A stretch of DNA of 46,292 nt. Origin: Octopus bimaculoides. Its lineage: Eukaryota. Positions 1-11,600 of the stretch are shown here, piece after piece; position 1 is the stretch's first letter; every line of letters starts with the position of its first letter. Under the pieces are notes generated by a model. It searched no databases, was not told the DNA's origin, and saw only the letters and a program-made list of their open reading frames with translations. Where the stretch lies: positions 32,311,689 to 32,357,980 of the forward strand of contig NC_068992.1 of NCBI RefSeq assembly GCF_001194135.2, in the 5' to 3' direction. The position numbers and the translations under genes are program-made.

Positions 1-69
<69 letters not shown>

Positions 70-82
70 ATATGTATATATA
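1..82. repeat. (TG)n microsatellite followed by a short (TA)-rich tract
   Basis: Direct reading of the sequence. Confidence 0.97.
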
Positions 83-89
83 TCGTGAT

Positions 90-1300
90 AATGATAGGGC
101 CGATATTAAGAATAACTCCAATAACTACTACATTGGATCAACTACAAATTTTAAGCAATGATATTAAAGTCGTTTAAATTACTCATCAATAGCCAGTCAC
201 CTACACCATCTAATTAATAGAAAAATAATAGACTCTGGTATTCCATATCAGGGCCAGCACTACATTTGTGGATTCTGCTTAAAAGAAGCCCTCACAATTT
301 TAACCCTTAACTCATCACAATTGCTTAACAACCATAACAAAGCCTTCAAAACAGAAATTCTTCTGTAATTTAATTTTTTTTTTTAAATCCGAACGTAAAT
401 TCACCCCCACTCATAACACCTACATACATACATCTATGATCGTTAACACATACCCTGTATATCTCTTCAAGAAACCGTACCACATCACTTTATAGGATAA
501 ATGTTAAATCTTTAGTTCATCTTAGCCTTAAACTAAAAAGAAAATTCCCTAATATTTAATTCTTACAATTTTTCCTAAATGATTTAACATACAATTGGTT
601 TCTCCATTCACGACTACCTACACACACATAACCTCATAGCTAAAGTATTTCTACAGCCACTGACCTTAGCCATAAAACGGACACAATTACTTACTACTAG
701 ATTTCCTCTCCCAGCCCTACAGGCTAGAAGATACCACTGTCACCTACCATTCTTTTTGAAACCCTTTAATCTAATTTAATTTTGTTTTCTTACGCTATCT
801 TATTTTACTTCTTTCTCTTCTCTTCTTATTTACCCATATATATTTACCTTTTAGATTATATTTCTACAATATATTCTTATATACTTTATTTTATCCTAAA
901 TACAATCCTTGCGTTCTTTTCTCACTCTCTCCAACTCTCACTCTCTATCTACTTTTCTTTCTCTTTCCCATTAATAGCCACCTCCGCAACCATTCTTTTA
1001 CGGAACGTCGATATGTTCACGTTCATTTCTGGATACTTACACTATTAACAGTTTAACCTACATGGATTTACACAGGATTATACCTAGACATATGGACTAA
1101 CATCTACACGATTGGAAATTTGAACTGCGAAAATTTATGCATCTTTTTCTTGTCTTTCTTCTTTTTCTTCATCTCTTTCTTCCTTTTCTCCTGTCTTCTT
1201 TGCCATCATGCCATTAATCTATACCTTTCTCATTTCCCCTATTTCTCTCCGTTGACGGAATATCTCGTAGACTGAGGTATTCCAGAAACAGCTGTAAGAC
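90..1300 (+). mobile_element. Penelope-like element 3' remnant: decayed GIY-YIG endonuclease, pyrimidine-rich 3' region and terminal hammerhead-like motif
   Basis: The frame from 126 reads YYIGSTTNFKQ*..SSIASHLH..CGFCLKEALTILTLNSSQLLN..* (stop 366-368). This fits the PLE GIY-YIG YIGxT / SxLAxH / CxLCLxEK..LLN pattern. The element ends in a hammerhead-like fold before a (TA)n tract. Confidence 0.75.
1246..1299 (+). ncRNA. Degenerate minimal type-I hammerhead ribozyme motif
   Basis: tct-CCGTTGA-c-GGAATATCTC/gtagact/GAGGTATTCC-a-GAA-ACAGCTGT-A-aga. It has a 10-bp stem II (one G-U), a palindromic stem III (ACAGCTGT), a GUA triplet and a 3-bp stem I. The core has 2 mismatches to CUGANGA. Confidence 0.65.
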
Positions 1301-1326
1301 TATATACATACATACATACATATGTA

Positions 1327-1363
<37 letters not shown>

Positions 1364-1630
1364 NNNNNNNNNNNNNNNNNNNNNNNNNNNNNNNNNNNNN
1401 NNNNNNNNNNNNNNNNNNNNNNNNNNNNNNNNNNNNNNNNNNNNNNNNNNNNNNNNNNNNNNNNNNNNNNNNNNNNNNNNNNNNNNNNNNNNNNNNNNNN
1501 NNNNNNNNNNNNNNNNNNNNNNNNNNNNNNNNNNNNNNNNNNNNNNNNNNNNNNNNNNNNNNNNNNNNNNNNNNNNNNNNNNNNNNNNNNNNNNNNNNNN
1601 NNNNNNNNNNNNNNNNNNNNNNNNNNNNNN
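1364..1630. other. Assembly gap (N run)
   Basis: Run of n. Confidence 1.
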
Positions 1631-2528
1631 TGTGGAATTGCGTGTTACGTCCGCACGCGAAGCACCTCAGACGAAGAGAAAACTCGCGCGCGCTCGAAAG
1701 TCGACGCTCAGTGAGTCAGGATGTTCACCACGACTAATAAGCCCAGCCGGAACACGTAACGATGACAACAGACAGGGAAGAAATAACACGGACCATACGT
1801 TGCGTAGTGAAACTAACATTTTTTCTTTACATCACAATACAAAACATTGCATAATAATAATTCTGAAATAACACATGTAACAATAGCGTTTCCAAGCATT
1901 TAACATAATCAAAAGTTTACAATCAAAGTTCGTGCATCGAGAGTCAATCAAAAAGTTATTTTACTTCGTTGTTTTTCTTTTCTTTGAACATGTAACAACA
2001 AAGTTCTCTCTTTTCTTTTCTGCCAGTTAACATCAAAGTTAACAAAACGTTCTTTCTGTTCAACCAGTTAATATCACAATTAACAAGAGTTAACTCAGTT
2101 CTTTGCAAAAATATATAACAACGCAAGTACACTTTTCTTTAAAGAAATGCAAACAAACCTTCACCGCAAGAATTTCCTTTCCTTCAAATATCCCACTACA
2201 ATCACAAGAACTTACCAACGTAGTCTTACTACACACTTTTTGCCGTCCACAACAGTTCCATCTCTCTGTCCCTCTCTCTCTTAGACTCTATCCATTTCTG
2301 CTGACTGGTACCTTCTGACCATAGCCTCTCTCTTTTATCCCCTTTCTGTCAGACTCTCTGTTCATCTTGGTTCTCTTCACTGGCTGCTGGCCTTTACATC
2401 AACTGCGATCCATCTTCAGTCGCTGACCGCTTCCACCAACTGCTGTACACCAACTGCCTGATACCAACTATCCTACCGTATTTATGACAAATACCGTAGC
2501 CAACAGTCCTACGATACCCCCCTCCACA
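1631..2528 (-). mobile_element. Probable solo LTR (~0.9 kb)
   Basis: Starts TGTGGA and ends TCCACA (TG...CA termini with a 6-bp inverted repeat), non-coding, and GC-richer at its ends than its neighbours. The left end abuts a gap, so no TSD can be checked. Orientation is tentative. Confidence 0.45.
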
Positions 2529-2859
2529 GCTGGGTCAGTTTAGTACAGTTCCTAACTTGTTTTTCTAAACTTTCGGTGACCGGAAAGGGTCAGCGATCAC
2601 TCTTACGCTAAAAATAACTGTGCTTGTTGACAGGACAAAAGAAATACCATTGTCCTCAAGAACCAGAATACGGTTTCAAACCCAGCTCGGGGAATGGGGA
2701 CATAACGCAATTTTGTTTTTCAGCGGTCCGTATCATGCGATTCTCTTTATATCTAAACGAGTTTAATAGCATTGCTTAAAATGTGTAGTTGATCCAATGT
2801 AGTAGTCATTGAAGTTATTTACTATTTTGTGAAAGGTGCATAGGTATACGATGTTGAAT

Positions 2860-3572
2860 CGTCTGCAATGAAATCGAATCTGAATTAACGGCCACTATAC
2901 GACTCTGGAATTTCCTGCAAATCTTCAAGATAATCTTTTTATTTAGGTTGGTGAATGATGCTATAATCCTTGCTTTCAGTTCCTCTTTGGTGTTAGACAT
3001 AATAATCACAGAGGGTTACAGTACGGTGAGTTAGGTGGCAAGATGTTAGGGGTGATTTGGTCACAGAAATTGTTTCACAGCCATGATTCTCCTGGTTGTG
3101 TGACATGGTGCAGAGTAACGTTGTCACAAACAGGTTCTTCCACCGGACACCCTCTGGCCCGGGGCAGCACTACCTCCTCCTAGCTTTTCATGTAGGGCTC
3201 TGTGTTGACTCTGGGACCGTGTGGGATGGTGAATAGATGCATTACGTTGCAACCACTGGTGTTCACTTCAAACAGCATGATGTTGTATGGATGTTGGATT
3301 TTATCACTCTCGGTATGTATCTTCAAAGCTGTACTGACCTCAGATTGACACTCTGAACGTTCGTATTGGAGCTTCCGGTGCGAACGTCGTGTAGAACAGC
3401 ATGTTGTTTCCAAATTTCTGACAGAGTAATTTGCGTCATGGTGATGTTTTCTTTTTCACGGACGGTGCCCTACGGACCCAACTATAGTGTGTAGTCGACA
3501 CAATCCCAACAAAACAATGTGCATGCGCGAAATTAAAACTATGAAATGACAACAATTCCCCCTCACACTCTG
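2860..3572 (-). mobile_element. Tc1/mariner (maT/DD37D-like) internally deleted transposon remnant
   Basis: Minus-strand pieces RYSAPCHTTRR, NTKEELKARIIASFTNLNKKIILKICRKFQSRI and HPYNIMLFEVNTSGCNVM. Clearly homologous to 14563-15439. Confidence 0.8.
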
Positions 3573-3574
3573 CA

Positions 3575-3668
3575 TGTATATATATACGTATATATATATG
3601 CATACACATGAATTTACATGCACCAACATACACCAAAACACACACGCACACACGCACACTCACACACG

Positions 3669-3746
<78 letters not shown>

Positions 3747-3747
3747 G
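3575..3747. repeat. Compound (TA)n/(CA)n microsatellite
   Basis: Direct reading. Confidence 0.95.
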
Positions 3748-4099
3748 CGATGCTTTGGATAGCTTTGAGGTATTTTGTTTGTTCTTTTCAAAAACAGGTT
3801 GTTGTTTTGGTTTACAGTTAACACATTGGAGAGCGTAAAGATTAACTCTGTACTTTAGCTGACAAGTTACAAGTTATATTGATTTTTGAAAACAGTTTCG
3901 TGTACGGTGATTTATTCACGGTAGGTATCATAATTTTCTCCGCTTGACCCCTACTCAATGCCCTGTGAACATTGTAGATCTGTAAGAAGTGACATAGACA
4001 GTAGCACCAGACAGTACAATGCCGTGTCTAGCACGAACTGACACAGCATTATTTCTTACTGGATTCACACGTCAAGGTTAATTAAAAAACTACAGGAGA

Positions 4100-4860
4100 A
4101 GCTGCTGAAAGATACGAGGAAGGTGAGAGTTGGTTACTGGATTTGGTGAGAGTTGGTTGCTGGAGTCGCCATCATGAAACTGACCCTAAATGAGGAACAA
4201 AAATAAATTCTGACAACCGAAGTCAACCAGAACTGCTTGCTGAATGCAAGAAGCTTCTGAACACTCTGAGACAGCCTGCTAAGCCAGAAAATATTCGATT
4301 CTTCTAAGTCGAAAGGAACTTCTGCCAGGACATGTTGAACAAAACTCAGACAACAGGTGGCTTGCTTACACGGTTCTCCAAACATAGGTGGTCTTCAGGT
4401 ATGTCTCCCGTAAGGGTAATGACATGCAGAACGAAGCATTTGAACAGACACTTAGGCTTAAATCAGACGGCTATGAAAATATGCTGGGGACTGTCCTCAA
4501 ACCCAGGTTAGTGATGGCTGCTGCGGTAAGGTCATATGTGTGACTGGGAGATACTCCTCCTTGTAATGCTTCCGGCATGTGTCGGAAGTTGTCGGAGAAT
4601 TTCCAAGACTTTTCCAGCCCTAATCTCCTGCCTCGAAATTCCGACTATTTTAATCCTATGAATCACTTTATGTCCGACGCTGATGAAGAAGACACCAACG
4701 GGTCTCTCTACAGCACATAGTCCAAACTGATGGCGAAGGTCAAGGATAAGTTCGAAGATCTTCATCGGAACAGAGAGAGAGAGAGAGCCATGCTCAAAGG
4801 TTCCGCAGCCGTCTTGAGGACCTTATGGAAGCTGACGGTGGCTACTTTGAGTAATCTGTT
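4100..4860 (+). mobile_element. Tc1/mariner (maT/DD37D-like) transposase remnant
   Basis: Frameshifted pieces ECKKLLNTLRQPAKPENIRFF, LRLKSDGYENMLGTVLKP and GDTPPCNASG..LSENFQDFSSPNLLPRNSDYFNPMN (about 36 residues between the 2nd and 3rd catalytic positions), with C-terminal FRSRLEDLMEADGGYFE*. Confidence 0.8.
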
Positions 4861-5050
4861 ATCTTTCCCTCATAATGTAGTTGATCTCATTTGATTCTTT
4901 AAAATACATCTACCTTTGAATTACATATTTTGTGTTATTTTCCTTTTATGCTAACAGTAAAATTTAGCCTGAACACTATATATATATATGTTGCGATAGA
5001 TGTACCACATTATGCTTTTTAATGTGTACGTTTTCGTCTAGTGTTTGTAC

Positions 5051-5055
<5 letters not shown>

Positions 5056-5100
<45 letters not shown>
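5056..5100. repeat. (AT)n microsatellite
   Basis: Direct reading. Confidence 0.95.
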
Positions 5101-5103
<3 letters not shown>

Positions 5104-5344
5104 AATAAGCAACAAGGAATCCAAAGTTAATGCAGAACGATCGTTTTATGCGACTCCATTTATTTAAGCAATGTTAACATTACATTAATTGTAAAATGTA
5201 GACCAATCCTCAGCTGCACAAAGATATAGAAATTTACTGAAATTTCATTTCAACAGAAGGACATATTTTTGTAACTACATTTAAACTCTCCAAGTAGAAA
5301 GGAAGAATACAAAAAAAAAACATATTGACTTAGCTAGACCATAC

Positions 5345-5885
5345 AGGCTACACAATATCTAAAAAAAGAACAGACCAAAATAATTTCACAGAATATCTGA
5401 CAAAAGAACTGACTCAAATGATTTTACACAATATCTGAAAAAAGAACAGTCAAAAATAATTTCACAGAATATTTGAAAAAAGAACAGTCAAAAATAATTT
5501 CACAGAATATCTGACAAAATAACAAACAAAAATGATTTCTCAGAATATCTGAGAAAAGAACAAAAAATAATTCCACAGAATATTTGTCAGAAAAAGACCA
5601 GAAAAAAGTAATTTCACAGAATATCTGAGAAAGGAACAGAACAAAATAATTTCAGAGAATATCCTACAAAACAACTCACAAAATGATTTTACACAATATC
5701 TGAAAACAGATGAGAAAAATATAATTTCACAGAATATCTGAAAACAGAACAGACCAAAATATTTACACAAATATCTGACAAAATAACTACAAAAATGACT
5801 TCTCAGAATATCTGCAAAAAGAATAGAAAAAGTAATTCCACAGAATATTTGACAGATAAAGACCAGACAAAAATAATTTCACCGA
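5345..5885. repeat. Minisatellite, ~35-40-bp unit, about 15 diverged copies
   Basis: Recurring unit AAAATAATTTCACAGAATATCTGAAAAAAGAACAGACC with variants. Confidence 0.92.
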
Positions 5886-6167
5886 AGGCCAATGGGTTCC
5901 ATTTGGGCCTCAATGAACATATTTTATGCTATAACATCCATATGACAAGAAATCATTAACTCCAAATTTGTATGTCCGTACATAAACTATTGGCATTAAA
6001 GGTCATGAAATAATAAATCCTTAAAAAAAAAAATGTACAAATTGCATAACTTTTAAAAGAGATACCACCAGCCTACGGACGGTAAAGATATTACCTCTCG
6101 TATGCATTTCGGTCATCGTACTATGAATAAAGCGTAAAAGAGAAGTTTGTACCTCGTAAACATATAG

Positions 6168-6201
<34 letters not shown>

Positions 6202-6458
6202 NNNNNNNNNNNNNNNNNNNNNNNNNNNNNNNNNNNNNNNNNNNNNNNNNNNNNNNNNNNNNNNNNNNNNNNNNNNNNNNNNNNNNNNNNNNNNNNNNNN
6301 NNNNNNNNNNNNNNNNNNNNNNNNNNNNNNNNNNNNNNNNNNNNNNNNNNNNNNNNNNNNNNNNNNNNNNNNNNNNNNNNNNNNNNNNNNNNNNNNNNNN
6401 NNNNNNNNNNNNNNNNNNNNNNNNNNNNNNNNNNNNNNNNNNNNNNNNNNNNNNNNNN
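6202..6458. other. Assembly gap (N run) flanked by (TA)n
   Basis: Run of n. Confidence 1.
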
Positions 6459-6498
<40 letters not shown>

Positions 6499-6499
6499 C

Positions 6500-8588
6500 C
6501 ACTACACATTCTTTTTTTCTGTCCCTAAATCAATGTCCAATTGCAAAAGAGCCATTGTAGATGCACCATACAAGGTTTCAGCACCAGATTGTGATTCTGA
6601 TCGGGACATATCTGATATAATAGGAAATGATGATGAAGAAGAACGAAATGACCATTTTAGTGACGGTTGTAGTACTGATAACAGCAAAATTGATTATGAA
6701 GAAAGCAATACTATGGGTGGTAAAGATAAATGTACTGTATGGCTCCCTGAACCTCCTAAACACAGACCAAATATTCGCCAAAATGTGCTTCGTGAAGGTG
6801 CAGACGCTCATGTAGCAGTACCTTCCCATGCTGGTTTGCTACATTTATTTTTTTTTTCTGATGCCTGAAGTAATGGAACTTATAACTGAAGCAACTAATC
6901 AAAAATTGAAATATTTTCTACGCTGAAGATTAGAATGTAGTAGATTATATTGAAATGATGGAATGGATAAGCTTTCATCTCAGAGCTAGTTTGGACAATG
7001 ATGCATTTAGTCTAGTTGATGAACTATTTAGCATCAAGCAAGGCCCACCGATTTATCGTGTTTCTATGAGTCGTAATAGGTTCAAAGAAGTGAAAAGATG
7101 CATAAGATTTGATGACATGTCTACACGTGCAGTTCGAATAAATTATGAACATGGGTAGTTGGAACCTGTGTATGAAGTTTGGCAGAGGTTTATTGAACCA
7201 TTCCAAATAAATTTCAAAGCTGGCCTTTATGTAACTATTAATGAATCTCTTTTGTCCTTCAGAGAAAAATGTTCATTCAAAGTGTACATACCATCAAAAC
7301 CTTGTACATGTTGGATAAAAGTTTGGTCTATGGTTGATGCTAGTTACGCTTACTTTCTAAATGTGCACATGTGCATAGGGAAAAGCCCTAAAGGTCCAGA
7401 ACGAGAACAAGCTAAACGAATTGTTCGGTATATCAGCAAAAGTATTCTAAACTCAGGTAGAAATATTACATGTGACAACTTTTTTTACTGATGTTAGTCT
7501 TGCTGTAGAACTACATACAAAACATAGAAAGATCTTAGGAACTGTCAGAATGAATAAGCTTGAAATACCTCTATCATTCCAAGCCTCTTGGGTCGTCAAT
7601 ATTTTCAACAAAGTTCGGCTCCTGGAAAAGACATCATCTTATTATGTGCAGTTGTGGTTCAAACTAATAAATGTTGCTATCTTACTATGCAGTATAACAA
7701 CAAAATACAAGAAAATGAACCTTTTTAAACCAGATATGACTGCAGACTATAATGCAGTTAAATGTGGTGTGGATATATTAGACCAATTTGTCAATAATTA
7801 CTCATGTAAACGCATGACAAAAATATGCCCTTTTGTTATTTTCTACTGGATGCTTGATGTCACATCATATAATTCTGCTGTTTGTTTCATGAAAAAAAGA
7901 ACATGATACATATAGAGGACACCAAAAGCGTTGGAACCTCCTTTCAAACTTCTCTGAACAATTTTGCAAACCACAGATCCAACGACATGCCTTGGCAGAA
8001 TGCACAAAATTACCAAGACATGTTGTGGCTTGCATGCAAGCCTTTGAGAGTAGCGAAACAGTAGGACCATGCCAGTATCAATCCCAAGAAAATCGAAAGG
8101 AACGTTGTAAAAAGTGTCCAAGAAAGCTTAACAAGAAAACAATGAAATCTTTACAGTGTGTATTGAACCTATTTGTGATGCCCATTCTAACTTTGCTTGT
8201 AATGATTGTGTCCAACGTTTGGATGAATGTTCTTCGTATTTGTACTTGTATGAATCGATACATTAATAACTTTGTTTTATTTTCTATATAGCGTTATAAA
8301 TATAGTTCATAAATCTATAAAAAATGTTGATTTCTTTCAATAAAGGTATTTTTTAGTCAATAAATTATGTTATAATTCCCCTTCATTAAACGCTAAGAAT
8401 TACGAATATATACCTCTAAGGTGCTACATTTCTTGTTCTGTATCATGTACTGACACATATATACAAGCTTAGACAAATATTAGTTTATAGATAGATATTA
8501 CGGAAATCCGCAAAACAAAAGGGGGGGGGACTCGGGTCTCCAATGGACTTTTGTGCAATTTCAACTCCGCCAGCCTACGAAGGGTTAA
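6500..8588 (+). mobile_element. piggyBac-family transposon, frameshifted transposase, right end intact
   Basis: Acidic N-terminus, then SMSRNRFKEVKRCIRFDD, TINESLLSFREKCSFKVYIPSKP, GRNITCDNFF, DYNAVKCGVDILDQ and a Cys-rich tail (ERCKKCPRK). The right end is ...CCAGCCTACGAAGGG-TTAA (8585-8588). The left end was not found (microsatellite/gap). Confidence 0.9.
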
Positions 8589-8619
8589 TTCAGTTCTTAG
8601 AGTCGTTTAATTAGTGTCT

Positions 8620-8663
8620 TTGACCGATGAGGAGATAACTACTCCGAAATACTAGCATCTCAG
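8620..8663 (+). ncRNA. Minimal type-I hammerhead ribozyme motif (one core substitution)
   Basis: ttga-CCGATGA-GGAG/ataacta/CTCC-GAA-ATACTAGCAT-C-tcag. It has a 4-bp stem I, a 4-bp stem II, a stem III one base away from the palindrome ATGCTAGCAT, and an AUC triplet. Confidence 0.7.
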
Positions 8664-11600
8664 TCTAGGTAGGTAGCGATGCGAGCTGATTTAGCTGTAT
8701 ACACACCATTTGTAAGCAAACGAAATATATTCTCCCTGATAAAGCGCAGTGAGTACGTTGTTCTCCAATTAGAACGTGCATCAAGCATATTCGGACTCGT
8801 AATAACATTGCAATTTTACCTATCTCCGCTGAGCCCTTCCCTTTCGTAAGTTCTATAGGGTATGACTGAATGAGGGGATAATTCGGTAATGCCCATACAC
8901 TTGGTGCTATGCTATGACACACGTGGCAAATAAGTCCTTCCGTACACACGTCTGTGAATGTGTGTGTGTGTGTACCTATGTTTTAAGCTGGTGTGTATAC
9001 ATAAAACAATTTCACTCACAATCGTGGCTGAAAGTTTTTGACTTTATTGATAGCTTGCGACGTGCTTTCCTCAGTTATTTTAAGGTAGCTATGTAGTTAT
9101 GAGAGAGAACAAATGCTATCTCATCTCTCCTACACATTCTCGTGTTAAACTACAAAGACTATATGAGCTGGAGGGAGAAAGCACTAAGTGCAATGTCACC
9201 GACCTCCTATTTCTCCTTTCCCGATGAGTAGACAGGGTAAACTGAAATGAAATATCATGCTGAAGTACTTAACGGGTTGGATTGAATGATAATTCGAACA
9301 CATAAAATACGATGTTGAGACAAAGATCTATGTCACTCGGTCTCAGATATACATGAAGATATTCTATTTCTTATTTTTGTCTTTGTATGAACGTATAATA
9401 TATATGTAGACATATGCATGCTTAGTTTCGCTTAAGTCAGTCTCTACATTATTGATGCTTGTTGTCTTCAATTTATATGTAGAAATATTGCAATTTACAT
9501 GAACGATACTTTTATTTTCCTCTTTGATGTACTTGAAAATAAACAACTGATTTTCTGAAAGAAAAATTGCATTTAAAGCAACGGAAGAAACATTCACATC
9601 TATTTAGAGCATTATATATTTATTGAACATGTGTATTGTATTTATTTTCCTGTTATATTTGCAAATATCTGTTTTTATTTATGCTTACCATGAAAACCAT
9701 TGTAAGCCAAAAGCACCTTAAACTATCTAGAAATTACATTCTCTGACAATACTGTAGCTAGCAATATTTAAATTTTTATTTTTATATATCTTGGAAATAT
9801 TTAACTGTTGAGCTCTGTTAATTTATTGTTTTCTACATTTTGGAGAAGGTACTCATTGTTCAAGTTTTCCTTTTGATTATTAAACAATATAATTCTAAAC
9901 ATACCAAGTATGAATGTGTGTAGACATTTAACCATTGCCTTCTAAATGGTACTTCAGGTTATTAAGTAGACTAATATTTACTGTCATGTCTTTTGTTTAT
10001 CTACTAACTCTTTTGCTTGTGTAAATTTCATCAACAATATGTTGTCGACTTTTGCTGTTAACATTGAAAGTGTAGTTTCTTTGCGCTTTTTAACTAAGCC
10101 CACATTAACTCTCTTGTTCTAGAGAAGACAATACTCAGTTCAATTCCCATTTGGTTGACCATTATAGCAGCTGAAGTAGGTATTTTTTATTCGATCATTT
10201 TGTCAGGACAAGACTTAATAGAATGTGAAATCACCAACATTGTTGTTAAGGTCCACATTAATAGCAGATGATAGGGTCTTAAGTGACACTCCTGGAAAGT
10301 CATTATTATGTTATCGAATTATATCTTCCTCTATTAAATCAATTCTTCGTTTTTGTATCTTTTAGTCTCGACTTATTCCTACATTTCCTCTCATTAAACA
10401 GCAACTATGATTGTCTGCTACAGCGAGTTTATTTTAATATATTAAGTACAAATATTTTTGTAAAACGTCTATTCCATAAATGTTTGTATGTGTAAATTTT
10501 ATTTTATTATTTCAATAAGTACTATGTTGACTATGTTTTAATATGTTCATATTTAATGTAATTTAACGCAGATTGGCATAGCTTGTGCACGTCATAAATT
10601 TGTCTTATTTCTATGCATACGTAGTTTAATGTTTTGTAACTGGTAGGATTGACAAAATGTGCTCAAGCTAGTGAGAAATAAAAACCATTTAATATATACA
10701 AAATTTTAAAATAAGCTACTAATTGTTTCATGCGATAGACAGACAATAATTTGGCAGATTCAGATAACATGCACTGTGTCTCCAAGAAATCCTTTTGGTT
10801 TCGTACATGCTATTAGTCCTATTTGAAAATCATAACGTTGGTTTATGAGATGATATGAAATAAAAAAAAAACGAGAAGTTTGATGCAAAAAGTGGAAGTA
10901 GAAGAAGGAAAAGAAAATTAAAACAATGCTCCGTGTCCCTTTAGCTTTCTGAAATCGTAATTAATCTATTTGGTGTTGTGTAATATAACAGTGAGAAAGC
11001 CAAAATCAGTGGGAGGGTTACTCAATTCAAAGAAGCAGTATTCTTCAATTCGGCGTAAGAAATTTATCCATGTGATTTCATTTGATAATATTTTCTAATT
11101 GGATATCTCTGCCCTCTCCGGATTGAGTACTCTTCTCACAGATTTGTTCCTTATGGGGTGAGTTCCAGTATCTCATCTTTTCCCTCGTTTCTTTTTCCAT
11201 TGCACTGCGATTCAACACGCTTTCGTCACACCAGATAACTTATAGTTTGTAATTTGCAGTCTCCTCTCCATTAACTGCATTAATTTAACTATCGTGCATA
11301 TTTGGCTATTTACGATTATATTTTCTGCGATAAGTGTTTTCCATAATTGCACCATTTTTTAGAACTGACATGGAGCAAGTAGTAAGTGCACCATGGACAT
11401 GCAATTTTACTATCTTATTAAAATGATTCACAAGGGATTTTAGCAACTTTAATCATTTCTGCCACTTTGCGAGTCAATATCTTAAGAGACGAAAATTGTA
11501 TTATAATTGATTAAGATAGTGTGATATCGATATTTTCCATGTATGCATTTACTAAGTGCCAAACAGGTATTACAGGTGTAAGGAAAACTTTTGAAGGCCG

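Noticed and set aside
5345-5885. Repeat array as a possible CRISPR
   Set aside because: The units are contiguous and degenerate with no unique spacers, there are no cas genes, and the context is eukaryotic.
6520-8200. Domesticated piggyBac (PGBD) host gene
   Set aside because: Multiple stops and frameshifts, N in place of the first catalytic D, and a retained TIR/TTAA end indicate a dead transposon.
9218-9265. CCGATGAGTAGACAGGGTAAACTGAAA as another hammerhead
   Set aside because: Stem II is only 2-3 bp and out of register, and there is no convincing stem I/III or cleavage triplet.
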